Source: a bacterium (lineage in GTDB: Bacteria > UBA8248 > JACPRG01 > G963555815). Taken from it: a stretch of 64,000 nt of DNA. Positions 10,454 to 22,870 of the stretch are shown here, piece by piece. The notes under the pieces are model-generated. The model was not told the origin of the DNA, ran no database searches, and saw only the letters and a list, made by a program, of their open reading frames with translations. The position numbers and the translations under genes are program-made. Location of the stretch: assembly GCA_963555815.3 (NCBI GenBank), contig CAUVWX020000002.1:576001-640000 (forward strand), written 5' to 3'. Within the stretch, counting starts at the first letter, position 1, and every line of letters starts with the position of its first letter.

Positions 10454-11308
10454 CTAGCGGCTGAGATTTTGGAGGAATCTCTCAGCGTCAGTCGCCTGGG
10501 TGCTTTCGATTCGACGATAGATCTCAAGGGCTTCTATCGCATACAGGATGGCTTGGTCTCTTGAGCCCAGGGCTTTGGCGAGGACGGCAAGGCTGAAGAG
10601 CGTCTCTGCAGCGCCGGGCTCGTCGCCAATCCTCCTTCGAATCTCCAGGCTTTCCCCGTAGAGCCTTTCGGCTTCGTCATAGCGCCCCAGATCCTTCGCA
10701 AGAGTGCTGAGGCCCATGAGGGTCGTCGCAACGCCGGACTCGTCGCCAATCCTCCTTGCGATCTGGATGCTCTGCTGGTAGAAGTCTTCGGCCTCGCCGT
10801 AGTGCACAAGTTTCCAAGCGATTATCCCGAGGCTGTTCAACCTTCTAGCGACGGCCGGTTCGTTGCCAAGTCTCCTCTCAATCGTCAGGCTCTCCTGGTA
10901 AAGCACCCTGGCCTCGAAATAGTTCCCCAGATTCTCGGCGGCAGCGCCTAACTGATTTAGGGCTGCGCTTCTCCCTCTCCCATCTCCCTTCTCCGTGACA
11001 AGGGAAAGGGCGCGTCGTCCCACCTCTTCGGCCTCTTCCCACCTCCCGTGCTTCCCCAGGGCTTCTCCAAGCCCTTGCCAGGCCTCGACAAGGTCCGGAT
11101 CAAGGTCTAGGGCCTGCCTGTAGAGGGAGATGGCCTCATCCCAGCGGTGGCGGCCATGCGCCTCGCGCGCCTTCGTTAGGAGGACACTCTTCTCTTCGTC
11201 AGAGAAGGAAAGGCGAAACCCATCGGGGAGCTCTCCCAACCGGCCCCCTTCAACAGGGAGCGTAGGGAGCGTCAGAAAGAGACTGAGAAAGAAAACGAAA
11301 AGGGGCAT
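10454..11308 (-). CDS. signal-peptide-bearing tetratricopeptide repeat protein
   Basis: Hydrophobic N-terminus; ~40-aa repeats of the form LNxLG...YxEAxxxYxESLxIxRRxGDE. Confidence 0.85.
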   Translation of the reverse strand: MPLFVFFLSLFLTLPTLPVEGGRLGELPDGFRLSFSDEEKSVLLTKAREAHGRHRWDEAISLYRQALDLDPDLVEAWQGLGEALGKHGRWEEAEEVGRRALSLVTEKGDGRGRSAALNQLGAAAENLGNYFEARVLYQESLTIERRLGNEPAVARRLNSLGIIAWKLVHYGEAEDFYQQSIQIARRIGDESGVATTLMGLSTLAKDLGRYDEAERLYGESLEIRRRIGDEPGAAETLFSLAVLAKALGSRDQAILYAIEALEIYRRIESTQATDAERFLQNLSR

Positions 11309-11352
11309 GGGACCCCACCCTTATAGGAGAGAACCCTGAATCTTGGGGGACA

Positions 11353-11694
11353 TCACCCGGGGGGCCAGCGAAATCCCCGGCCGCCGAGGAGGTGAAGGTG
11401 GATGTGGAAGACAGATTGCCCCGCCCCCCGGTTACAATTCAGGACAAGGCGAAAGCCGGCCTCAAGCCCCCTCTCCCGGGCGATATCAGTGGCCTTGAGG
11501 TGGAGGGAGCCGAGGAGCTCCGCGTCCTCCTTCTTCGTGTCCAGAAGGGTTGAGATGTGCTTTCTTGGAATGAGGAGGACATGGGTTGGAGCCTGGGGGT
11601 TGATGTCCTCGATGGCGATGAGCTTTTCGTCCTCATACACCTTGGTCGCGGGGACCTTGCCTGCAATCACATCGCAGAAGAGACAGTCGGCCAT
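11353..11694 (-). CDS. hinT: histidine triad (HIT) nucleotide-binding protein
   Basis: MADCLFC, DINPQAPTH, HIHLHLLGGR, WPPG end; GGGGAGG SD before ATG at 11694. Confidence 0.93.
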   Translation of the reverse strand: MADCLFCDVIAGKVPATKVYEDEKLIAIEDINPQAPTHVLLIPRKHISTLLDTKKEDAELLGSLHLKATDIARERGLEAGFRLVLNCNRGAGQSVFHIHLHLLGGRGFRWPPG

Positions 11695-11793
11695 GCGCCT
11701 CCCCATTCTCGAAACAGATCGCGCCTAAGGACCCCCCCTACGGCAACATCCCCCTCACCAGCTTTTCAGGGGGTAGCCCTATCTTGGAGGGCC

Positions 11794-13128
11794 TCAGGCC
11801 TTGGCGAAAAATTCCCGGGTCCCCTGGGCCTCGATGGCCTCCGCCAGACGCCGAAGGGCCAAGATATAAGCCGCCGTCCGGTTGTCCGTGGAATACTCCT
11901 TGGCCACACTGAGCAGCTCACGGAACTCCGTCACCATGATGGTCTTAAGCCGGCTGTGCACCTCTTCCAGCGTCCAATAGAACCCGGCCCGGTTCTGAAC
12001 CCACTCAAAATAGCTGACCGTCACACCCCCCGCGTTGGCCAGAATGTCGGGGATGAGAAAGACGCGGTGCTTCATGATGGCGCTCGCCTCTGAGGTAATC
12101 GGACCGTTGGCGAGCTCCACCATGTAACGGGCCTTCACCCTCGGCGCGTTCTCAGCCGTAATCACATTCTCCAGGGCGGAGGGAATGAGAATATCCACGT
12201 CCAGCTCCAAAAGCTCCTCGTTGGTGATCCGGTCGTGGGGGACCTCCTCAAATTCGCCGTTGCGCCGACTCACCCCGGCCACTCTCCCCTCCACGTCCTT
12301 GTGGGCCTTCACCGCCTCCGGATCAAAACCCTCCGGACGATAAATGCCCCCCTTGGAGTCACTCAAGCCCACAATCCGATAACCGTCCTGGGCAAGAAGC
12401 TGGGCCGCAAAATAACCCGCGTTCCCATAGCCCTGAATGGCCACCGTCGTCTTCTCGGGCTTCAGCCCAAACTCCTTCGCCATGACCTGGATGGTGTAAT
12501 AGCCTCCCCGGGCCGTCGCGTCCTCGCGGCCCAGACTCCCACCCAAAGAAACGGGCTTGCCGGTAATCGTCGCAGGGGTCTTCATCCGACGAATCAGACT
12601 GTACTCGTCGGCCATCCAAGCCATGATGGTGGGGTTGGTGTAAACGTCAGGAGCAGGAATATCAATGTCAGGGCCAATAAACTCCGCAATGGCGTCTATG
12701 TACCCCCGACTTAATCGTTCCAGCTCCGCATGAGAAAGCTCTCTCGGGTCGACCGCCACACCCCCCTTCGCCCCACCGAAGGGAATGTTCACCAACGCAC
12801 ACTTGAACGTCATCCAAAAGGCAAGGGCCGTCACCTCGTCTTGATCCACATCCGGATGAAACCGAATCCCCCCCTTTCCAGGACCCCGGGCGTCGTTATA
12901 ACGAACCCGATACCCCTGAAAAAGACGGAGGGAACCGTCGTCCATCCGAACCGGAATCGAAACCTGAAGGGAAAGCCTTGGATGACGAAGGGTCTCCTCG
13001 ACCTCTTCACTCAGAGGAAAAAACTCAAGCGCCCGGTCCAAGCGCCGCGTGGCGTCTTTAAAGGAACCCCCTTTTGCGGCTGTAGACTCCATCTTCAAAA
13101 CCGCAGAAGGCGTCTTACTCTCACTCAT
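11794..13128 (-). CDS. gdhA: Glu/Leu/Phe/Val dehydrogenase (glutamate dehydrogenase)
   Basis: GPGKGGIRFHP, GGAKGG, DIPAPDV, IQGYGNAG, ANAGGVTVSYFEWVQN. Confidence 0.92.
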   Translation of the reverse strand: MSESKTPSAVLKMESTAAKGGSFKDATRRLDRALEFFPLSEEVEETLRHPRLSLQVSIPVRMDDGSLRLFQGYRVRYNDARGPGKGGIRFHPDVDQDEVTALAFWMTFKCALVNIPFGGAKGGVAVDPRELSHAELERLSRGYIDAIAEFIGPDIDIPAPDVYTNPTIMAWMADEYSLIRRMKTPATITGKPVSLGGSLGREDATARGGYYTIQVMAKEFGLKPEKTTVAIQGYGNAGYFAAQLLAQDGYRIVGLSDSKGGIYRPEGFDPEAVKAHKDVEGRVAGVSRRNGEFEEVPHDRITNEELLELDVDILIPSALENVITAENAPRVKARYMVELANGPITSEASAIMKHRVFLIPDILANAGGVTVSYFEWVQNRAGFYWTLEEVHSRLKTIMVTEFRELLSVAKEYSTDNRTAAYILALRRLAEAIEAQGTREFFAKA

Positions 13129-13217
13129 GACATGCTCCTCGTAACCTCAGGAGTCAAACAGGGAGGGGGGGGCCATCCCCCCTCCTGAAAAGCTCCTAAA
13201 AATCGAATAAACGTACC

Positions 13218-13246
13218 AGTATAGCCCCCTTCCAAAAACCCTGCAA
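13218..13246 (-). promoter_or_regulatory. sigma-70-type promoter of gdhA
   Basis: Minus strand TTGCAG-17 bp-TATACT; a GC-rich hairpin (13159-13187) lies in the implied leader. Confidence 0.5.
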
Positions 13247-13278
13247 CGGACAAGGACAACCCTGAGAAACAGGGCCCC

Positions 13279-14466
13279 TCAGCGCTGGGTCACGAGGTAT
13301 TCCGCCGCCCGAAGGGCTGCCTTGGCCCCCTCCCCTGCGGCCACGAGGATCTGTTTGTCCCTCACGTTGGTCACGTCGCCTGCGGCGAAGACCCCCGGGA
13401 CGCCTGTGTTCGTATCGCAGTCAATGAGGATCTCGCCAATTGGATTCGTCTTAAGGGCGTCCAGGGCGAAGCCCGAATTCGGCAGCAGACCGACCTCGAC
13501 AAAGACCCCCCGGACCGAAAGGGTCTTCTCCTCCCACGAACTTTTAGAGCGGACGCGGACCCCCTCCACCTCGTCCTTCCCCAGGATCTCAAGGGTCTCA
13601 TGTCCTGTGAGCTGTTCCATGCGCTTCGTCTGCCTCAGCTTGTTCACGAGAACGTCGTCACCCGTGTAGTCCCCGACGACGATGAGGTAAACCTTTTTGG
13701 CCATGCGGTCGAGCTCCAGGGCCGCCTCTATAGCCGAGTTCCCACCCCCCACAACGGCCACATCAAGGCCTTTGTAAAAGGGGGCGTCGCACGTGGCGCA
13801 AAAGGCCACCCCCTTTCCCATGAGCCGCTCCTCGCCCGGAACCCCTATGCAACGCGGGCGTTTTCCCGAAGCGATGATGAGGGAACGACCCTGATACTCA
13901 TGGCCCGTCTGCGTGCAAACGCGCTTTATCTTGGGGAGTGCCTCCAGGCGGACGACGTTCGCCCCGATGATGCGGTCCATCTCGAACTGCTTTACGTGCT
14001 CGTCGAATTTGTCGATGAGGCTCTGGGCCTCGATGTAGTGGAAGCCCAGGTAGTTTTCGAGTTCAGCCGTGATGTTCAGCTGGCCCCCCACGTCCTTTCC
14101 TAGAACAAGGCATTTCAAGCCCTTCCGGCTGGCGTAAACGGCGGCCGTCATCCCGGCGGGGCCGGCCCCGATGATGATGACGTCATAGAGGGTTTTTAGG
14201 TCCGCCCGCTTCACAAGACCCAGCTTCTCATCGAGGACGCCCGTGGCGTTGAGGGCAGCAAGCTCGTCGTAACCCCCAATGACCTCCTCATCAATGAGGA
14301 TCTGGGGGGTGGTCCGCCCCCTTGTCCGCTCGATCATGGTGTCCCAGCCAGGGGTCCCGCCAAGGACCTCGATCTCCTCCGCCGTCACTTCCTTCTCCTT
14401 GAGCAGCGCCCGCGCTCGATCGCACCAGGGTCAGCCAGGTTGGGAATACATGAGGACTTTCGCCAT
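13279..14466 (-). CDS. glutaredoxin(Sec)-thioredoxin reductase fusion; predicted selenoprotein, 395 aa, U12
   Basis: AAGGAGG SD, ATG 14466, MAKVLMYSQPG-TGA-PWCDRARALLKEK in frame with ORF 13279..14388 (Grx TTPQILI...IGGYDEL; TrxR GAGPAG, CATCDAP, GGGNSA, AAGDVT). Confidence 0.9.
14401..14417 (-). promoter_or_regulatory. candidate SECIS hairpin of Grx-TrxR
   Basis: GAGC-GC-[GGGC]-GC-U(bulge)-GCUC at +14 to +30 after the UGA; folded by eye. Confidence 0.5.
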
Positions 14467-14640
14467 GAGGACCTCCTTTCGGTGGATGAGAGAAACGTGA
14501 TGGGGGATGGATCATCGGCCAGGGAAAGGGATTTAGACCCCTCCCGATTTTCGAAACTCCCCCTCCTCCCCCTTATAATGAAAAGAGATTGAAGAAACCA
14601 TTATAATTAGGGCAAAAATGCCACCGGAGAGAAGGCCATT

Positions 14641-15633
14641 CTGAGACCGCCACAATTCCGCCAAGCCAGGGTCATCCGGGGGTTCTTCTGGGGCCTTCTG
14701 CTGACGGGTGCTTTCGGATGCGCCCAAGGTTCCCATTCGAAACACCCAGGACAGGAACCCCCCCCCCTTCTCGACACGGTGAGGCTCCTTGAGGGACGCA
14801 CCGACCAGGAGAGATTGCTCGCCGTCGAGGAGATCTTGCAAGGAAAGGGGGTCCCTTTTGAGAGACGACCTTATCTGGTCTCGGGCGAGGAGAGGCAAAA
14901 CCTCCTTTGGGAGGTTCACCCGGGCCACGAGATCCTCATCCTCTCGGCCCACTATGACGCCGCAAGGGGCTCTCCTGGGGCAAATGACAACGCCTCCTGC
15001 GTTTCGGTCCTCCTTGAGGCGGGAGAGCGCCTCGCCCGGGAGCACCTTGGCCCCCTGGGCCTTCGAATTCTCTTCTTCGGAGATGAAGAGGGAGGGCTCC
15101 TCGGGAGCCAGGCCTACGTTGCGGGGGAAGACCTCAGGGAGGTCATCGGCGTCCTGAACCTCGAGCTTTGTGGGATAGGGGATATGGCAGGGCTCTGGGA
15201 TGTCCGGAACGACGACCGGGGCTCCCTTCTCTTTCGCTCCCTCGTTGCCGCCTTTGAACGGGAGGACATCCCCTTTGGGGTCGTCCCGAGGCTCCGGAGG
15301 TTTTCCAGCGACCACCGGAGCTTTTGGAGACGGGGGATACCCGGCTTCGCCCTGACGGTGGTCCCGGAAAAGGAGGAGGCACTTCTTCGAGCTTACGTGG
15401 AGGACCCCGGGGCAGAAAGGTGGCGGGATCCTTCCTCCCGGCCCACTCCCTTTCAGACCTATCACTCGGCCGGGGATCTTGCCGACACCCTCAGTGAGGG
15501 GGCTCTTCGATTGATGGCCGGGGCCGTTGTGGAAGGCGTCCTCGAGCTCTCGAGGAAGCTCAGGCCGACGAGCCCGGATGGGGAGGCGTCCATCGAGGAT
15601 TTTTATAAGACCGAAGTCTCTTTGGTGGAATAA
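14641..15633 (+). CDS. M28-family zinc peptidase, probable lipoprotein; start uncertain
   Basis: SAHYDA, GANDNAS, GDEEGGLLGS, SDHRSF, YHSAGD. The frame is open upstream of GTG 14779 and encodes FFWGLLLTGAFG-C. Confidence 0.8.
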   Translation: MRPPQFRQARVIRGFFWGLLLTGAFGCAQGSHSKHPGQEPPPLLDTVRLLEGRTDQERLLAVEEILQGKGVPFERRPYLVSGEERQNLLWEVHPGHEILILSAHYDAARGSPGANDNASCVSVLLEAGERLAREHLGPLGLRILFFGDEEGGLLGSQAYVAGEDLREVIGVLNLELCGIGDMAGLWDVRNDDRGSLLFRSLVAAFEREDIPFGVVPRLRRFSSDHRSFWRRGIPGFALTVVPEKEEALLRAYVEDPGAERWRDPSSRPTPFQTYHSAGDLADTLSEGALRLMAGAVVEGVLELSRKLRPTSPDGEASIEDFYKTEVSLVE

Positions 15634-15674
15634 CGCTGCAGGGCACCCCTGAGGCCCGAAAGGGGTGAGGGGAA

Positions 15675-16373
15675 ATGGCTGTCGAGCGAAATCACTATCA
15701 GAGAATCCCCCCAGGGCCTCTGTTTGGCTTATGGTCCTGGCGCTATCTCGACCTCCTGAAGATGATCCGTCTCAGGCTGAACCCGCGGATCCATGGCTTC
15801 TATACAAAGTTTCCCACCATTCCCCCCCCCGGCTCCAAATTCCCCGAGGTCGACCTGGAGACGGTGGACGGAGGGAGAATCAACACAAAAGCGCTTCAAG
15901 GGAGGAGGCACTTCGTCCTCCTCACCGGGGCCCTCACCTGACCTCCGACCCGGAGGCAGTTGCCTCTCATGGAGGAGCTGGCAAGAAAGTATAAGGACCG
16001 GGGTGTGGAGGTCTTCCTCATGTACGTCCGGGAGCCCCATGCGAAAGAGCGGGGCTTTCGCCAGTACCGAAAACATGAGAGTTACGACCACAAGATGGAG
16101 TACGCAAAGCTCCTGGTGAAAAAGCACAGCCTCGTCATCCCCTGTCTTGTGGACAGCCTTGATGAAAAGTTGCACCAGATTCTTGGAAACCTTCCAAATC
16201 TTGTTTATGTGGTGGATAAGAAAGGGGAGGTCTTCTACAAAAACACCTGGACAGACGCAGACGCCATTGACGAGATCCTGGCTGAGCTGGTGACGGCGGA
16301 AGACCCATCGCGCCCCGTCCAAAAGACGATGGACAGTCGCCACGTGCCGGGCCGGATCCCCGTTGAGGTGTAG
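15675..16373 (+). CDS. iodothyronine deiodinase-like thioredoxin-fold protein; predicted selenoprotein, 232 aa, U89
   Basis: ORFs 15675..15941 and 15960..16373 are one frame separated by a single TGA (15939-15941): VLLTGALT-U-PPTRRQLPLMEELARKY...FLMYVREPH, matching the deiodinase GSxT-U/C-PP...YIxEAH motif. Confidence 0.88.
15953..15966 (+). promoter_or_regulatory. candidate SECIS hairpin of deiodinase-like gene
   Basis: GAGGC-[AGUU]-GCCUC after an 11-nt spacer from the UGA; G at +18. Confidence 0.6.
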
Positions 16374-16512
16374 GTCCGGGATGAGCGGCCCTCCCACACC
16401 ATCCGGCCCCAGAAAGTTCTTGTCTGAATGTTCTCTTGGATAGTACTATTTAGCCCTTGATAGGGATCCAGTGAAAGGGGCACAACCGACCCCTCTTTTC
16501 GGGAGAACACCC

Positions 16513-17688
16513 ATGATCCTCGCCAGGATATCTCTTCTCGCCCTCTTTTTCCCTCTTCTCCTCGTCCTCCCAGCCGAGGGGGTTCGGCAGGTCTCTGCTG
16601 TCTTTCTTAAGAACCAAGCCGGGCCTGAAAGCGGTGCGCGGGACCATCGGAAAGGGCTCGACCCGGAGCTTCTTTCCTTCTTTGGCCCCTCTGATGAAGA
16701 GAAGAATGCCATCCTAACGAAGGCGCACGAGGCTCATAACAGTCAGCTTTGGGATGAGGCCGTCTCTCTCTACCGCCAGGTCATTGCCCTCGACTCGGAC
16801 GACGCCGAGGCCTGGCAAGGGCTTGGGATCGCACTTCAACACCAGGAAATATGGGGCGAGGCACAGGACGCTGGGAAGCAGGCCCTTTCCATTTTCACGG
16901 AGCGCGGAGACGAGAAGGGGAGAGGGGAGGTCCTCTACAACCTCGGCAACATCTCTGAGGACCGCGGGCACCATGACCAAGCCGAAAGGCTCTACGGGGA
17001 AAGCCTGGAGATTCAAAGGAGGATTGGCGACGAGCCCGGCGCCGCAGAGACGCTGAACAACCTGGGAATTCTCGCTGGGATCCAGGAGCGCTATGTCGAG
17101 GCCGAGACGCTCTTCCAGGAGAGGCTGGAGATCCAGAGGAAACTCGGCGACGAGGCCGGCATCTCAGAGACGCTGTACAACCTGGGAGTGGTCGCCGAGA
17201 GGGAAGCACGCTACGACAAGGCCAAAGAGCTCTACCATGAGGGCCTGGAGATTGAAAGGAAGCTTGGCGATGAGGCCGGCTTGGCGACGACGCTGAATAA
17301 CCTCGGCGATGTTGCCGCGAGACAAGAACAGTACGAAGAGGCCAATGGGTTCTTTCAGGAGAGCCTGGAGATTCAAAGGAAACTGGGAGATGAGTCGGGG
17401 CTCGTCGTGACGCTGTTCAACCTGGGAGTGGTGGCCGAGAACCGCGAGCAGAGCGGAGAGGCCATGGGGTTGTACCAGGAGGCCTTAGAGATCGGCAGGA
17501 AGCTCAACGATGAACCCCTCGTCGGGCAGACTCTATTCTCCCTCGCCCTCCTCGCTGAGGCTGAGGGCTCAAGGGACGAGGCCGTCGAATACGCAAAAGA
17601 GGCCCATGAGATATTCGGCAAGATAAAGAGCCCATTGGAAGTGAGAACCCGAAACTTCCTGCGAATCCTGGGATGGCCCGTTCCGTAG
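16513..17688 (+). CDS. signal-peptide-bearing tetratricopeptide repeat protein (paralog of 10454..11308)
   Basis: MILARISLLALFFPLLLVLPA signal-like stretch; multiple ~40-aa LxNLG...ESLEIQRKLGDE repeats. Confidence 0.85.
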   Translation: MILARISLLALFFPLLLVLPAEGVRQVSAVFLKNQAGPESGARDHRKGLDPELLSFFGPSDEEKNAILTKAHEAHNSQLWDEAVSLYRQVIALDSDDAEAWQGLGIALQHQEIWGEAQDAGKQALSIFTERGDEKGRGEVLYNLGNISEDRGHHDQAERLYGESLEIQRRIGDEPGAAETLNNLGILAGIQERYVEAETLFQERLEIQRKLGDEAGISETLYNLGVVAEREARYDKAKELYHEGLEIERKLGDEAGLATTLNNLGDVAARQEQYEEANGFFQESLEIQRKLGDESGLVVTLFNLGVVAENREQSGEAMGLYQEALEIGRKLNDEPLVGQTLFSLALLAEAEGSRDEAVEYAKEAHEIFGKIKSPLEVRTRNFLRILGWPVP

Positions 17689-17719
17689 GTCTTCATTCGT
17701 CCAGATCGAGGCCAGCACG

Positions 17720-18493
17720 TCACCGCGCCGCCCGTTTTGCCTCCTCCCAAAGGGCGTCAAGCGTCGCCCCATCCACCTGCGAGGGGGTGAGACCTCTTGT
17801 CGACAGAGAGGACTCGATATACCGAAAGCGTTCCATGAACTTTGAGGTGGAAAGCCGGAGGGAGGCCTCGGCGTCGATGCCAAGGTGACGGGCCGCGCTC
17901 ACCAGGGCAAAGAGGAGGTCCCCAAACTCCCGCTCCGTCTTTTCCTGATCCCCAGATTGTCTCGCCTGATCGAGCTCACCAAGCTCCTCCCGGACTTTCT
18001 CAAGGGCCCCTTCCGCCGCCTCCCAATCCAGCCCCACGCGCCCCACCTTGGTCTGAACCCGCTGGGCCTTCAAGAGGGCTGGAAGGGTGGTGGGGACCCC
18101 GTCCAGGACCGACCGTCCCCCCCCTTCGCTCTGTTTGATGGCCTCCCAATTTTTGAGGACTTCCTCCGGCGTCTCTGCCAGGACATCCCCGAAGACGTGG
18201 GGGTGCCTCCTGACCAGCTTCTCATGGACCTCCCGGATGACCTCCCAAACGGTATAGCGGCCTTCCTCAGCGGCGATCTGGGCGTGAAAGACGATCTGGA
18301 GGAGGAGATCCCCTAATTCCTCCCTCACCTTTTCGTCCGCCCCCGCCTCGATCGCCTCGATCACCTCGTAGGCCTCCTCAATGAGATAGGGTTTTAGGGA
18401 ATCGGGCGTCTGCTCCCGGTCCCAAGGACACCCCCCTTCCCCCCTCAGGCGGGCCATAATCTGAACCAGGTCTTCAAAGGATCGCTCAGGCAT
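17720..18493 (-). CDS. mazG: nucleoside triphosphate pyrophosphohydrolase
   Basis: GCPWDREQT, EEAYEV, EELGDLL, RRHPHVF, EFGDLLF. Confidence 0.96.
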   Translation of the reverse strand: MPERSFEDLVQIMARLRGEGGCPWDREQTPDSLKPYLIEEAYEVIEAIEAGADEKVREELGDLLLQIVFHAQIAAEEGRYTVWEVIREVHEKLVRRHPHVFGDVLAETPEEVLKNWEAIKQSEGGGRSVLDGVPTTLPALLKAQRVQTKVGRVGLDWEAAEGALEKVREELGELDQARQSGDQEKTEREFGDLLFALVSAARHLGIDAEASLRLSTSKFMERFRYIESSLSTRGLTPSQVDGATLDALWEEAKRAAR

Positions 18494-18738
18494 TTTTTCG
18501 TCTTACTTTCGTGAAACAGAGAAGTATATTGCCACTAAACAGAAGGGTCCTCCTTATTATAGATACGCGGCGAGGCCTCGCAAGGGGAAAAGTGCCCCTC
18601 CCCTAAAACCCGACATTTTGTAGTGGCAGAAGAAAAAAACACCAGGGGTAGTATCTTTTCTCTTGACAGGCCCTTTTCCTCGGGAGTAAAGAAGGGACAC
18701 TTTCCATCTTGTCTGAAAAGCCATCTTCGGAGAAACTC

Positions 18739-20501
18739 ATGGAGCCGAAGATCCAGGTTCTTCCTCCTATCCTGGCCGACCAAATTGCGGCGGGGGAGGT
18801 TATCGAGCGCCCGTCCTCGGTCGTGAAGGAGCTCCTTGAGAACGCTCTGGACGCCGGGGCCAGGTCCATTGAAGTCCAGATCAAAGGGGCCGGTCGGGGT
18901 CTCATCCGGGTCCTCGATGATGGGGAGGGGATGAGTCCTGAGGACGCAAGGCGGGCCTTTCTTCGCCACGCGACCAGCAAGATCGAACGTGCGGAGGATC
19001 TCAGGGCCATCCGAACGCTCGGCTTTCGGGGTGAGGCCCTGCCGAGCATCGCCGCCGTATCCCGAGTCACACTCATCACGCGCCCAAGGGGAGGAGGTCC
19101 CGAGGGGACGCGCGTCCTGATCGAAGGCGGCAAGGTGAGAGACGTCTCACCGGCTCCGTCTCCTGAGGGGACGTCCATTGAGGTTCGGGATCTTTTCTTC
19201 AATACGCCGGCGCGTCTTAAATTTTTAAAAAGCCCGGGGACCGAAATCTCCCGGATCGTCGAGGCAACCTCTCAGGCGGCCCTCTCAGCCCCCGGCCTTC
19301 GCCTGAAGCTGACCCATGAGGGACGGGCCCTCCTCGACCTTCCCCCCGCGAGGGACCGGGGGGAGAGAGTCCGAAGGCTCCTCGCAGGAACAGAAGCAAA
19401 GGAGCTTTTTTCCCTCCCTCTCTTTGAGGAAGGGCCCAGTGGAATCAGGGTCGAGGGCTTTTGTTCGCCCCCTCCCCTAACCCGGGCTTCCAGGTCTTGC
19501 CAGCACGTCCTCGTCAACGGCCGCTACGTCAGGGACCGGATCATCCTGAACGCCCTCTCCGAGGCCTATCGAAACCTTTTGCCCGCCGGAAGGCATCCCC
19601 TTGCTTTCCTCTTCATCGAGATGGCGCCAGACGCACTCGATGTGAACGTCCATCCGGCAAAGGCCGAGGTGCGCTTTCAAGATGGGAGACAAGTGTTCTC
19701 GGCGGTGAGGAAGGGAGTCCTGGAGGGCCTGGTCCGGGCCGGGGCCTCCCCCGCCCTCGAGACGCCAAAGGGGCCCGCTTATTCTATGAAGGGCCATAGA
19801 ATGCCCGCGCCGTCTCCTGCGAGATGGTCTCTTCCCGTCCGCTCTCTGGGAAAGGTGGTGGCGCTGGCGCCAAAGGAGGCGCCTGATGAGCCCCTCCCCC
19901 TCCTTGCACCTGGGACACCAAAGAACCTCCTCTCGGAGGGCCGCGTCCTGGGCCAGCTCCACGCCACCTACATTCTCTTGGAGCACGCCCGCGGGATGAT
20001 GCTTGTGGATCAGCACGCGGCCCATGAGCGGCTCCTCTTTGCCCGTCTGAAGGACAGGATTGAAAAAGGGAAGGTCGAAGGCCAGGGCCTCCTCCTCTCC
20101 CTCCCCATTGATTTCTCTCCGGAAGATGCCGAGGTCCTCTCCGAGCGCCTGGAGGATCTCAAAACCCTGGGATTTCATCTCGAACCCTTTGGGCCAAGGA
20201 GCTTCCTTCTGAGAGAGGTTCCCGCCCTTCTCGCCCACGAGGACCCGGAGGAGCTTCTCAGGGAACTCCTGGCCGGCCTGAAGGAGGGGAGGGACAAAAA
20301 ACTCTCCGAGCTCGGGGAGGGCCTGCTTGAGCAGATGGCCTGCCGGGGAGCCCTCAAGGCGGGAAAGACTCTTAACCGTGAGGAGATGGAGCACCTCATC
20401 TCTGAGTGCCTCGAGCTCGATCTCCTCTTTGCCTGCCCTCATGGGCGGCCCATCACCCTTCTTCTCCCAAAGGAAGAAGTAGAGCGGAGATTTTTGAGGC
20501 G

Positions 20502-20505
<4 letters not shown>
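18739..20505 (+). CDS. mutL: DNA mismatch repair protein MutL (endonuclease-motif type)
   Basis: IAAGEVIERP, KELLENALDAG, GFRGEAL, DQHAAHER, ACR, CPHGRP. Confidence 0.97.
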
Positions 20506-22821
<2,316 letters not shown>

Positions 22822-22870
22822 GATCCATTTAGGCCGGGCCTCGCGCCCTTTACGTATGAAAAGAGGGAAG

